This document shows positions 1 through 7,308 of a DNA stretch of 20,376 nucleotides, piece after piece. The stretch is from a virus. Taxonomy: Duplodnaviria > Heunggongvirae > Uroviricota > Caudoviricetes. The position numbers were made by a program, and so were the translations under genes. The first letter of the stretch is position 1. Each line of letters opens with the position of its first letter. Below the pieces are notes generated by a model. The model did no database searches. It was not told the origin of the DNA and saw only the letters and a list, made by a program, of their open reading frames with translations. The stretch is taken from IMG/VR virus record IMGVR_UViG_648276651_000003, positions 1 to 20,376 of that record. One strand, given 5' to 3'.

Positions 1-40
1 AAAAAAAAAAGGGGGGGGGCGGGGGGCCCCCCGTTTTTTT
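1..40. other. Low-complexity homopolymer block (A10 G9 C G6 C6 G T8) at the window edge
   Basis: Read directly; successive homopolymer runs are not typical of native coding or att sequence; possible contig-end or sequencing artefact. Confidence 0.5.
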
Positions 41-60
41 TGGAGTGTGCGGAGGCTTCC

Positions 61-97
61 CCAAAACTTCCCCAAAATTCTTCCCCAAAACTGATTA
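61..97. repeat. Three tandem direct repeats of about 12 bp (cttccccaaaa-like) just 3' of int
   Basis: cttccccaaaacttccccaaaattcttccccaaaact read directly; lies where attL or Int arm sites would be expected, but could equally be part of the low-quality edge. Confidence 0.35.
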
Positions 98-101
98 AAG
101 A

Positions 102-1244
102 TCATACTGCTTTTTTACCAACAATGATCCACTCTTTACCGCGGTCATCATTGTATCTGTCAGTCATTTTCATTGTTTTGTGGCCCAATAGTTTCTGGGT
201 GTCTATCCCTTGCTCACGATACAAGCGCTCGGAAAGAGATCTCTGTTCATGGAAAGTCGGAGCTGTTCCCTCTTCCCAGGTTAGACCGCTTTTATCCCGT
301 GCTTTCTTGAACGTTGAAGTAAGTGTCTTGGCTGACACTTGGTCACCACGACTAGCCTGTGAGGTGCTATGGCGAAAATGAACAAGGTATTTACTCACCA
401 CAGCATCTCTACATTTTGAAATAACATCACTCAGAGTAATATTTAACGCTTCATTTCTGAGAGAAAGGGGAATGGCTAATCGGGTTCCTGTTTTCTCCTG
501 CTCAATATGCAGCATATCATCCCATACATCCGAAAACTTCATATTGCAAATATCTCCGAGGCGTTGCCCTGTTACAATGGCAAGCAACATTCCACATTGT
601 AAATAAGGTTGTTGTTGTTCGGCGGATGTATAAATAGCCTTCCATTCCTCCAGAGATAGCCTTTGTCTGCTTATCTTGTTTCGTGGCTGTTTCGTTGCCT
701 GGGCAGGGTTGTATCCTGGCGGAACGTGACCAGCATGTTGAGCCTCCTTAAAAACATCTATTAGTACCATGCGTACAACTTGAGCCATCCTGTTATGACC
801 CTCTGCCTTAACAGCATCTGTTATTTCGGAAATATCAAGTGCTGTTATATCTTTTAGATATTGCATTCCACAATGTTCCCGAAAAAGACGGATTGGTTTA
901 GCTTTCTGTCGAAAAGAGTTTGGGCGCAGCTCGTTGTGTTTCAATCTTTCCTCCTGCACCAATTCATATTTGTCGAGCCATGAAGAAACTGTAATATCCG
1001 TGCGGTTTCCTTTCATGCGAGCTAGGCGCTCGTTAATACCAAGGATCTGCCTGGTGCGCTGCTCTGCAATAATAGTATTTGCTTCACTTGCCACCTGCTT
1101 TGCTTCAGCTTCGTCCGTGCCGAGGCTGTGAAAACGACCAGATATCGGGTGTTTGTATTGCCAGTAAACCTTTCCGGTACGTTTATCAAGTTTGCAATAT
1201 AGGTTTGGAATAGTGATTTTATGGGTACGCGGTCTAGCTGCCAT
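102..1244 (-). CDS. int: Tyrosine-type site-specific integrase (lambda Int family)
   Basis: 380-aa ORF; C-terminal region ...HEQRSLSERLYREQGIDTQKLLGHKTMKMTDRYNDDRGKEW resembles the lambda Int catalytic C-terminus (conserved R, H-x-x-R, terminal Tyr); ATG at 1244 overlaps the xis stop. Confidence 0.9.
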   Translation of the reverse strand: MAARPRTHKITIPNLYCKLDKRTGKVYWQYKHPISGRFHSLGTDEAEAKQVASEANTIIAEQRTRQILGINERLARMKGNRTDITVSSWLDKYELVQEERLKHNELRPNSFRQKAKPIRLFREHCGMQYLKDITALDISEITDAVKAEGHNRMAQVVRMVLIDVFKEAQHAGHVPPGYNPAQATKQPRNKISRQRLSLEEWKAIYTSAEQQQPYLQCGMLLAIVTGQRLGDICNMKFSDVWDDMLHIEQEKTGTRLAIPLSLRNEALNITLSDVISKCRDAVVSKYLVHFRHSTSQASRGDQVSAKTLTSTFKKARDKSGLTWEEGTAPTFHEQRSLSERLYREQGIDTQKLLGHKTMKMTDRYNDDRGKEWIIVGKKAV

Positions 1245-1470
1245 CGCTAATTATCCGTCTCAGTTTTGGGTTAACATTTATTGGAAGTTGCGGTTCAGCA
1301 ACTACACCTATAAAACGAGCTTCTTTGTCAACCATCCAGCGCCGTCCGACTCTCATCGGTGGTGGCGCTATCATCTGACCTTTAGCGTATTTTTTTAATA
1401 CTCGCTCGCTAGGGGCTTCACTGCCGAATTCATCTTTCGCCCATTCGAGTAAAGAGACCATACGTGACAT
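1234..1470 (-). CDS. xis: Excisionase (Xis-like)
   Basis: Internal ATG at 1470 with GGAGA RBS about 7 nt upstream (minus strand); product MSRMVSLLEWAKDEFG...IAPPPMRVGRRWMVDKEARF resembles excisionase/winged-helix Xis; overlaps int start as in lambda; the longer ORF to 1623 overlaps the upstream gene and is likely an over-extension. Confidence 0.55.
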   Translation of the reverse strand: MSRMVSLLEWAKDEFGSEAPSERVLKKYAKGQMIAPPPMRVGRRWMVDKEARFIGVVAEPQLPINVNPKLRRIISDGS

Positions 1471-1498
1471 TTCTTCTCCACATACCGGCTGCACCCGG

Positions 1499-1876
1499 TT
1501 ATCGAACGTTATAAGCACATGACGAGCAACCGCCACGAATCCCGTCATTACATCTTCTGCATAGCTGGTGGTCTCGATCATCCTTGGCCGGTTCACTGCC
1601 GGGTGACTGCGGGGCGGCTGCAAGCAGTCTGTGCCAGGCGTCTACAGAGTCTTCTGCGCCATAGTCGATAATTGAGTCGAACTCGTCGAGAATCTCCTTC
1701 GTCGGCTCGACCGGCACCATCACGTAACCATCCGGAATTGCCGGAGAATTGCAAGCGCTGAGCAATCGTTCCATGATTTCGACCATATCTTCTGGCGGAA
1801 CCTTGCAGGACTGGCCGATGTACCTCTGCTGTTTGGCGTATTCGAGAATGTGCTCCAGTTTGTTGCGGTTGATCAT
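1499..1876 (-). CDS. Hypothetical early-left operon protein (125 aa)
   Basis: ATG start; 4-nt ATGA stop/start overlap with the upstream gene (1873-1876); no family recognised. Confidence 0.5.
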   Translation of the reverse strand: MINRNKLEHILEYAKQQRYIGQSCKVPPEDMVEIMERLLSACNSPAIPDGYVMVPVEPTKEILDEFDSIIDYGAEDSVDAWHRLLAAAPQSPGSEPAKDDRDHQLCRRCNDGIRGGCSSCAYNVR

Positions 1877-2346
1877 GACTTACCTCCGCTAAGCATGGCG
1901 GCGCGGCAGGCTAATGCTTCAGCCCGGTTGTTCGCCTCCTGTGGCGCAGCACCATACACACGCGCCAATACTTCGTCAGAATCCTCGCCAATGTGAAGTT
2001 GAACCCACCAATCACCCAGGCCAGGGTAATCATCCTGATTCATTGTAGGGAGGCGACCGACGCGGATTTCACCGATATCATCCGATACGGCTGGCACTAC
2101 CGGCGCTGGCTGCGGGCTGGCATAGACCGGCATAACATCATCATGACCCTTGTTACTTTTATCCGTCAGAGACCAGAACAACCGTCCTGCTGGATGCTTG
2201 AAGATGTACGCCACCGGCTCGCTGTCCATTGCGGCCAGCGCCATGCGCGCCAATTCTTCAATTTCAGCGTGAGACGGCGGCAGTGTCATTGCACGATGAA
2301 AGTTAGCGATTAGCTCAATGCGCTCTCTGGTTAATTTGCTGGTCAT
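1873..2346 (-). CDS. Hypothetical early-left operon protein (157 aa)
   Basis: ATG start at 2346 overlapping the upstream stop; no family recognised. Confidence 0.5.
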   Translation of the reverse strand: MTSKLTRERIELIANFHRAMTLPPSHAEIEELARMALAAMDSEPVAYIFKHPAGRLFWSLTDKSNKGHDDVMPVYASPQPAPVVPAVSDDIGEIRVGRLPTMNQDDYPGLGDWWVQLHIGEDSDEVLARVYGAAPQEANNRAEALACRAAMLSGGKS

Positions 2347-2579
2347 TGGTTGGCTCCTTCAATGGTCTGGAATCCAGCAGCGGTTAGCTCTACACGGTCC
2401 CGAACAGGGTTGAGGTAAACGGTCTTGATCAGACCTTTTGACTTCAAACGCCTCGCTACAGCCGAGCATAATGTGTCGGTGGATTCCCACCAGTAGCGAT
2501 CGAATCGACCACGGAGCATCACTTGACCTTCGCTAATAGCACGAAGAGTATTGAGCTGATAATCGGTTAATTTCGCCAT
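2343..2579 (-). CDS. Hypothetical small protein (78 aa), possibly DNA-binding
   Basis: ATG at 2579 overlaps the upstream stop as ATGA (GTG at 2582 is the alternative start shown in the ORF track); basic helix-rich segment ...CSAVARRLKSKGLIKTVYLN... Confidence 0.45.
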   Translation of the reverse strand: MAKLTDYQLNTLRAISEGQVMLRGRFDRYWWESTDTLCSAVARRLKSKGLIKTVYLNPVRDRVELTAAGFQTIEGANQ

Positions 2580-3022
2580 CACTCAGCCTCCACCTTGATG
2601 CCAGCCGTATGAGCAGCCAGGCATTTATTGAACCCTTCGTTGTTATTAGCCAGCCCGAGATTCCAGCCAGCAGTTAAGCCAGCTCTGTAGGCGCTCTCCT
2701 GCAGGTTTTCTACAGTGACGGTGCGAGACTCCAGCTCGGCGATTCGTTGCTCAGCCGCCTTGCGCTTGCGGAACTGCGCCTTACGACTGGCTCTCAGATT
2801 ATTTTTAGCCAGTTCAGCCATGTAGAGTTGGTGCTCTGCGTTAGCCAAGCGCTGACGAACTTCATCGTTCTCCAGTTCATCAATCTTCTGCTGTGCCTTC
2901 TCCAGTGCCTCTACCAGCTCCTTTAGGTCTCTGGTTTTAATATTCATCTGAGGGTTGAAATTGCTTACCGCGCGATGTGCTTCAAGTTTTAACCTCAGCG
3001 CCAGTTCGGTGATATCAGTCAT
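2579..3022 (-). CDS. Hypothetical coiled-coil protein (147 aa)
   Basis: Charged helical sequence rich in E/K/R/L/A (KELVEALEKAQQKIDELENDEVRQRLANAEHQL...); ATG at 3022. Confidence 0.5.
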   Translation of the reverse strand: MTDITELALRLKLEAHRAVSNFNPQMNIKTRDLKELVEALEKAQQKIDELENDEVRQRLANAEHQLYMAELAKNNLRASRKAQFRKRKAAEQRIAELESRTVTVENLQESAYRAGLTAGWNLGLANNNEGFNKCLAAHTAGIKVEAE

Positions 3023-3132
3023 GCTGCATCCTCACATTCGTGACTTTCCGGATCGTCGGCTTTGTAATAACCGCCGCACAAGGTGCAACGAACATCAGGA
3101 ACTTCATCGTAATTCGTGGTCCCAGTGATCAT
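3019..3132 (-). CDS. Small Cys/His-containing ORF (37 aa), zinc-ribbon-like
   Basis: Not in the ORF track (under 60 aa); my translation MITGTTNYDEVPDVRCTLCGGYYKADDPESHECEDAA; ATGA overlap with upstream stop (3129-3132) and with downstream start (3019-3022). Confidence 0.35.
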   Translation of the reverse strand: MITGTTNYDEVPDVRCTLCGGYYKADDPESHECEDAA

Positions 3133-3530
3133 TTGGCCCCCTCGCGCAGCGAATCCGCCAACCATTGCAGATTCATAATCTGCACGCCGATATTGCTGAA
3201 CTTTTTCTCCAGGTGAGCGATAGCCTTCTCAACTCCGCGCGCCTCGGCTTCGGCTACGATGCGATCGGTGGCGGGGGTTTCGTCTGCAAACGTGTCGCAA
3301 ATCATATGCAGGTAGCCTTCATTCGTTGGTCTGATACGGTTCATCACCCCAGCGATGAAATACTCCCGGCATTCGCTGATTATTTTTTTTGCCTCCACAT
3401 TCTCCGCAGCCAGCTGCTGGTACGCTTTCGCCAGCTTCAGGAACTTCTGCTCTCTGATCGACAGCTCGCCTGCGCTCTCCAGCGACTGAATGAGTTCGTT
3501 TACTGTTGAGATGTTCATGCTGTCCACCAT
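3129..3530 (-). CDS. Hypothetical early-left operon protein (133 aa)
   Basis: ATG at 3530; no family recognised; true start could be the internal Met (MNIS..., 3518). Confidence 0.5.
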   Translation of the reverse strand: MVDSMNISTVNELIQSLESAGELSIREQKFLKLAKAYQQLAAENVEAKKIISECREYFIAGVMNRIRPTNEGYLHMICDTFADETPATDRIVAEAEARGVEKAIAHLEKKFSNIGVQIMNLQWLADSLREGAK

Positions 3531-3649
3531 TCAATAAACATGCAGATACCAACGGTTACTACGGCAATCAGCACCCAGCAGATCACATCCAAAATGGCGG
3601 CGAACCGACGGAGGGTGTATTTGCTGTAATTCTCAGGATCCATATTCAT
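3515..3649 (-). CDS. Small hydrophobic ORF (44 aa), putative membrane peptide
   Basis: Not in the ORF track; my translation MNMDPENYSKYTLRRFAAILDVICWVLIAVVTVGICMFIEWWTA; start overlaps the ParB-like stop as ATGA (3646-3649). Confidence 0.35.
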   Translation of the reverse strand: MNMDPENYSKYTLRRFAAILDVICWVLIAVVTVGICMFIEWWTA

Positions 3650-4431
3650 ACCGCCTCCCCAAGCACCCAGCGCAGAGCCTCGGCATATTCGCCACTGGCA
3701 TCTTCGAGTGCTTTTGTAATTTCCTTGCGTGATTTGATACGCGGCTTTGCTTCACCAAGAACCTGGCGCTGTCGCCGGGCTTTTTCATGGCCCGTGGTGC
3801 CGGCGGTCGCTGTCTCGATCTGCTTGACCTTCTCCCGTTGCTCTTCGGGTTTAAGCGATGCCAACTGACGCGCCTGGGTAACGGTAATTGTGCCAGCCTC
3901 TACCGCTTCCCGGACGGCCTGGGTAGCATCGAGAAGGGAGAGCGTTGCTCGAACGGTCTGAACGCTGCAGCCAAACAACACCGCAATGTCGTCCTCATCG
4001 AGCCCGCGGTCGAGCGCATCTGACATTTTTTTAGCCCGGCCAAGCGGCGTATCAGGTCGGCGAATTTCGTTTTCGCTTACCATGTATTTAGCCATCTGAT
4101 TTGCTGATCCGCGCTTAACGACCCCAGGAACAAGCAGTGGGGCTTTGCCCTCTTTCAAAAGAAGCTTATTTGCCTCCAGGGTATGTTTTACGCGCTGACG
4201 GCCTACAACTACGCAGGTGAGCCCCGTTTCAGGGTCTTTCCAGACGATGATAGGTTCCAGTACACCCAGCTCTTTGATGTTCAGAACCATTCCTTCGTCG
4301 ATAGGAAGGTGGACCCGTTCATCGTAAAGCGGGTGTGTTTTGTCGGTAACCAGATGCAGGCTTTCAGGTTCGAACGTTAAAACGTTCGTTTTGCCGCTGG
4401 CGCCGTATACAACCTTTGAGTCTTTAGCCAT
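3646..4431 (-). CDS. ParB-like nuclease-domain protein (ParB/sulfiredoxin fold)
   Basis: 261-aa product; N-terminal region LNIKELGVLEPIIVWKDPETGLTCVVVGRQRVKH resembles the ParB N-terminal domain, followed by an HTH-like segment; phage-borne ParB-like nucleases are a known family. Confidence 0.65.
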   Translation of the reverse strand: MAKDSKVVYGASGKTNVLTFEPESLHLVTDKTHPLYDERVHLPIDEGMVLNIKELGVLEPIIVWKDPETGLTCVVVGRQRVKHTLEANKLLLKEGKAPLLVPGVVKRGSANQMAKYMVSENEIRRPDTPLGRAKKMSDALDRGLDEDDIAVLFGCSVQTVRATLSLLDATQAVREAVEAGTITVTQARQLASLKPEEQREKVKQIETATAGTTGHEKARRQRQVLGEAKPRIKSRKEITKALEDASGEYAEALRWVLGEAV

Positions 4432-4730
4432 CAGAGAGCCTCCACGTTACGGAAGCTGGTAGGGCAAATTGCTTTCAAGTCGCGCATTGCTTCGAGGACA
4501 TGTAGATTTGTGCGATTCTTGGTGTGTCGCTCGGTCAGACGATCACACTCTTTCGCCCATGATTTGACCTCTGCGAGAAGGGCGTCACGTTCGGTGCGCG
4601 TCTGGCGCAGAGCTACATTCGAAACATCGAGGACGGTAGCCAGTTCCTTGATGATTGCTGCCTGTTCTGGTGGCATAGTTTTGGCTATTTCGTACGCCTG
4701 TTTAATCAGTTGTTTTGCTGTCTTAGCCAT
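4431..4730 (-). CDS. Hypothetical protein, first gene of the leftward early operon (99 aa from ATG 4730)
   Basis: ATG at 4730 with GGAGA RBS; the track ORF start at 4781 is a TTG extension; no arginine-rich N-like motif seen. Confidence 0.5.
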   Translation of the reverse strand: MAKTAKQLIKQAYEIAKTMPPEQAAIIKELATVLDVSNVALRQTRTERDALLAEVKSWAKECDRLTERHTKNRTNLHVLEAMRDLKAICPTSFRNVEAL

Positions 4731-5268
4731 CTTTTGTTCTCCATCTGACGCGCTGCAACGCGTAAATTTTGGGTGCAGCAACCCAACCCATGAGAGTGGG
4801 TGAATAGCTGGTTAAAATTTCTTGCTGATGGGGGACCGCCACTGCAATGGCGGTACGTTAGTTCTCCACACAACGAAAAGAGCACTGATACGATTAGCTA
4901 TTGCGTTCGGATCGGCGCACGGCTTGTGTGTTTGCCCGTTCACCGCCAATGCTCTCATCTGTTATGTCCCGGACTCTTCCCGGGCGTCACACCTTTTCGC
5001 CGCGCTGGTGGGGCGCACGTCGTGCCTGAACACTTAGCTTGCACATTCCGGTTGTTCTGAGAGGCATGGATAAAGGTAACTCTCTGGCGGCTAACGCTGC
5101 ATGTGCCATACAGCGGTTGCGAATATTGCCGTTCACAACTGGAAGCGCACTCCTTCAGTTACAAACCGATCCCCACCGGAAAGAAGGGGAATGCGCTTCC
5201 ATGTTGTGTTCTGTTCATCCTTGTCCGTAAGTTGCGTCATGTGCCGACGAATAGAAGATAATCATAAA

Positions 5269-5305
5269 TTGCGAGTAACGCAATAGTTAAGTGCGTAAAG
5301 CGCAA
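5269..5305. promoter_or_regulatory. Left operator region (OL-like): two 15-bp palindromes TTGCG-N5-CGCAA
   Basis: ttgcgagtaacgcaa (5269-5283) and gtgcgtaaagcgcaa (5291-5305) read directly; same half-site as the sites between cI and cro. Confidence 0.55.
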
Positions 5306-5315
5306 ATTTAAGGCG

Positions 5316-5340
5316 AAAAAAAAAGGCCTCGAAGGAGGCC
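5316..5340 (-). terminator. Intrinsic terminator downstream of cI (leftward)
   Basis: Hairpin ggcctc-gaag-gaggcc (5325-5340) followed on the minus strand by a T9 run (plus-strand A9 at 5316-5324). Confidence 0.6.
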
Positions 5341-5359
5341 TAGTTTATGATGATGAATG

Positions 5360-6055
5360 CTATCCATGCCGTTTAAAGGACTGAGACTGGCTTATTAAAA
5401 CCTTTCCGTAGATATAGAATCTGTGTTCATTCTCTTTAGTTATATTCCATTCTCTATAACGAGGGTTATCAGAGATGACTAGCAGTTGGTCTGGTATCAT
5501 CTGCAGGCGTTTAACATAAACTTTTCCATCAAAACCAAAGACGTAAATCCCATCCCCATCGAACTCATTGATAGTTACGTCCACAAAGATTAGGTCGCCA
5601 GGCTCAATCGTTGAGGCCATGCTATCACCGCGAACGTTGATGACCTTTACTCCAGATGGAGTCCTGCCACCAAACATTGCCAATGCCTGATCATTGCTGA
5701 ACTCGATAGCATGAATGACATCTATGACGTCACTACCGTGTATATGTCCTGCCCCGGCGCTTGCGCTCACATCAAGTACCTCGACTCTGTATACATCCAC
5801 ATCCTTTACGGGAGATGCATGTTTTTCACTGTTTATATGTACAGTAGTATCATTTTCGTCAGAGGTAAATAGGTCAGGTACACTTACGCTTAAAGCTTGA
5901 GCAAGTCGGTTAAGTGTCTGTTCTGAAAACTGCTTTTGTTTACCAGTTTCAAGCCTGGAAATATTGGCAGCATCAACGCCCACAGCTTCTGCAAGCTCTG
6001 CGATTTTAATGTTCTTCGCTAAGCGAAGTTGTCGTATGCGAGATCCTATTTTCAT
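5360..6055 (-). CDS. cI: CI-like prophage repressor (XRE-type HTH plus S24 LexA-like peptidase domain)
   Basis: N-terminal HTH (RIRQLRLAKNIKIAELAEAVGVDAANISRLETGK); C-terminal S24 signature with Ser in ...VRGDSMASTIEPGDLIFVD and Lys in ...VYVKRL; divergent from the cro-like gene. Confidence 0.85.
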   Translation of the reverse strand: MKIGSRIRQLRLAKNIKIAELAEAVGVDAANISRLETGKQKQFSEQTLNRLAQALSVSVPDLFTSDENDTTVHINSEKHASPVKDVDVYRVEVLDVSASAGAGHIHGSDVIDVIHAIEFSNDQALAMFGGRTPSGVKVINVRGDSMASTIEPGDLIFVDVTINEFDGDGIYVFGFDGKVYVKRLQMIPDQLLVISDNPRYREWNITKENEHRFYIYGKVLISQSQSFKRHG

Positions 6056-6075
6056 TCACTCATTACATGTTGTTT

Positions 6076-6138
6076 TTGCGTTTCGTGCAAAGCAACTTGC
6101 GCAATTCGCTAGCGTGGAATAACATGCGTAATACGCAA
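6076..6138. promoter_or_regulatory. Right operator region (OR-like) between cI and cro: three related 15-bp sites, with pRM/pR expected here
   Basis: ttgcgtttcgtgcaa (6076-6090), ttgcgcaattcgcta (6097-6111, imperfect), atgcgtaatacgcaa (6124-6138); tripartite layout between divergent repressor genes. Confidence 0.55.
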
Positions 6139-6152
6139 AAATAGGAGGCATT

Positions 6153-6395
6153 ATGCAATCACCATTAAGAAAATTGCGAAAATCGCATGGCATGACCTTA
6201 TTGCACGTTGCAACCGGGGTACAGGTAGATCCTGCAACGTTGAGCCGCATTGAAAGATGCGAGCAAGTCCCATCTGTCGAACTGGCGGAGAGATTAGCCA
6301 AGTTCTTTAGAGGAGAAATAAGCGAATTACATATTTTGTACCCAAGTCGCTATCAAACAGATGACGTACCAAGTGCAAATAATCGTACTGCTTAA
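6153..6395 (+). CDS. cro: Cro-like HTH repressor
   Basis: 80-aa product with XRE-type HTH (MTLLHVATGVQVDPATLSRIERCEQVPSVELAERLAKFF); AGGAGG RBS at 6143-6148; divergent from cI. Confidence 0.75.
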   Translation: MQSPLRKLRKSHGMTLLHVATGVQVDPATLSRIERCEQVPSVELAERLAKFFRGEISELHILYPSRYQTDDVPSANNRTA

Positions 6396-6429
6396 ACGGT
6401 TATTCGATAACTACAAAAGGAAAATCAAT

Positions 6430-6891
6430 ATGGTAGAGCCAAACCTCAAAGAAGCCGTCAAAGCGATGTGCAAAGCATATCCAGGTGGGCGCGAAGCAAT
6501 GGCTGGCGCACTGGGAATGACGGTGACGCAGTTTAACAACAACCTTTACGAGAAAAACGGCTGTCGTTTCTTCGAAGTCAGCGAGCTGGAAGCGATGGAA
6601 GACATTTCCAACACGTCGTTACTGGCTGATTACTTCGCTCGCCGCCGTGGGGCTCTGCTGGTGGATGTTCCGCACCTGGAAGAGCTGGATCGCGTGGACT
6701 TGTTCAGTCGGGCAATGCGTACCTCTGCCGCCAGGGGGCAGGTTGATCAGATTATCGAACAGGCGCTTGAAGATGGCGTTATTGAAAGGCACGAGGCCGA
6801 AGAAATCATGGTGCATCACCGCCGCCACCTGGCAGCTCGGGAAGAAGAGATTGCCGCAATTATCACGTTGTTTGCACGCAAAAAGAAGTGA
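6430..6891 (+). CDS. CII-like regulator by position (possibly YdaT-like)
   Basis: ATG at 6430 with AAAGGA RBS; 153-aa product immediately downstream of cro; family assignment is positional, not from recognised motifs. Confidence 0.4.
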   Translation: MVEPNLKEAVKAMCKAYPGGREAMAGALGMTVTQFNNNLYEKNGCRFFEVSELEAMEDISNTSLLADYFARRRGALLVDVPHLEELDRVDLFSRAMRTSAARGQVDQIIEQALEDGVIERHEAEEIMVHHRRHLAAREEEIAAIITLFARKKK

Positions 6892-6918
6892 CGCCAGCGA
6901 GTTGCAGCTCCTGGCGTC
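6880..6918 (-). terminator. Stem-loop oriented as a leftward intrinsic terminator (candidate 3' end of an oop-like antisense RNA)
   Basis: 8-bp stem gacgccag / ctggcgtc (6890-6918) with a T-rich tail only on the minus strand (plus-strand aaaaagaag at 6880-6888); no T-run on the plus strand. Confidence 0.35.
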
Positions 6919-7128
6919 GTGGCGTGTCGTTATCAGTGGAGATTACTAACGCATGAACAGTTTATCAACACAATACCGCAGGTCGCAACTTGTAGCGCGG
7001 CCAGTTCCTGGTGGAGCAGGGCCGGTGCAGTTCGTGTATGGGGTAAGAGTACCAGGCGGGTTCGAGCCTGTCTGCTACCAGTTTGCTCAGTGGGTGGTAG
7101 GGGACTTCAACGGCCAGGCGGAGAAAGT

Positions 7129-7308
7129 ATGCGAGAGCTTAACCGATGGTTCAGAGATCACTACGGAGTCCCGGTCAGGGTTATACGCTGGGAGCCCCAG
7201 ACACAGCGCGTTATATACCTGCGTGAAGGGTACGAGCATGAATGCTTTAGCCCCCTTGAGCAGTTCAGACGTAAATTCAGAGAAATAAAGGACGATCATG
7301 AGCACTAA
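7129..7308 (+). CDS. Small hypothetical protein (59 aa)
   Basis: ATG at 7129 with GGAGA RBS; protein-like C-terminal part of track ORF 6919-7308 (MRELNRWFRDHYGVPVRVIRWEPQTQRVIYLREGYEHECF...); overlaps the O-like start. Confidence 0.4.
   Translation: MRELNRWFRDHYGVPVRVIRWEPQTQRVIYLREGYEHECFSPLEQFRRKFREIKDDHEH

Noticed and set aside
40-381. Plus-strand 113-aa ORF overlapping the 3' end of int
   Set aside because: Begins in the low-complexity edge and runs antisense to the integrase; no RBS; likely spurious.
1234-1623. Full-length 129-aa ORF as the excisionase
   Set aside because: The N-terminal 51 codons overlap the upstream gene by about 125 nt and lack an RBS; the internal ATG at 1470 has a GGAGA RBS and gives a typical 78-aa Xis.
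4800-5286. Four plus-strand ORFs (86, 71, 63 and 61 aa) in the pL leader
   Set aside because: No RBS, Cys/Arg-rich GC-skewed composition typical of non-coding translation, overlapping one another and antisense to the expected leftward transcript; more likely non-coding.
6919-7128. N-terminal two-thirds of track ORF 6919-7308 and the overlapping ORF 6953-7288
   Set aside because: Trp/Cys/Arg-rich, non-protein-like composition; only the C-terminal 59 codons (from ATG 7129, with RBS) look genuine.
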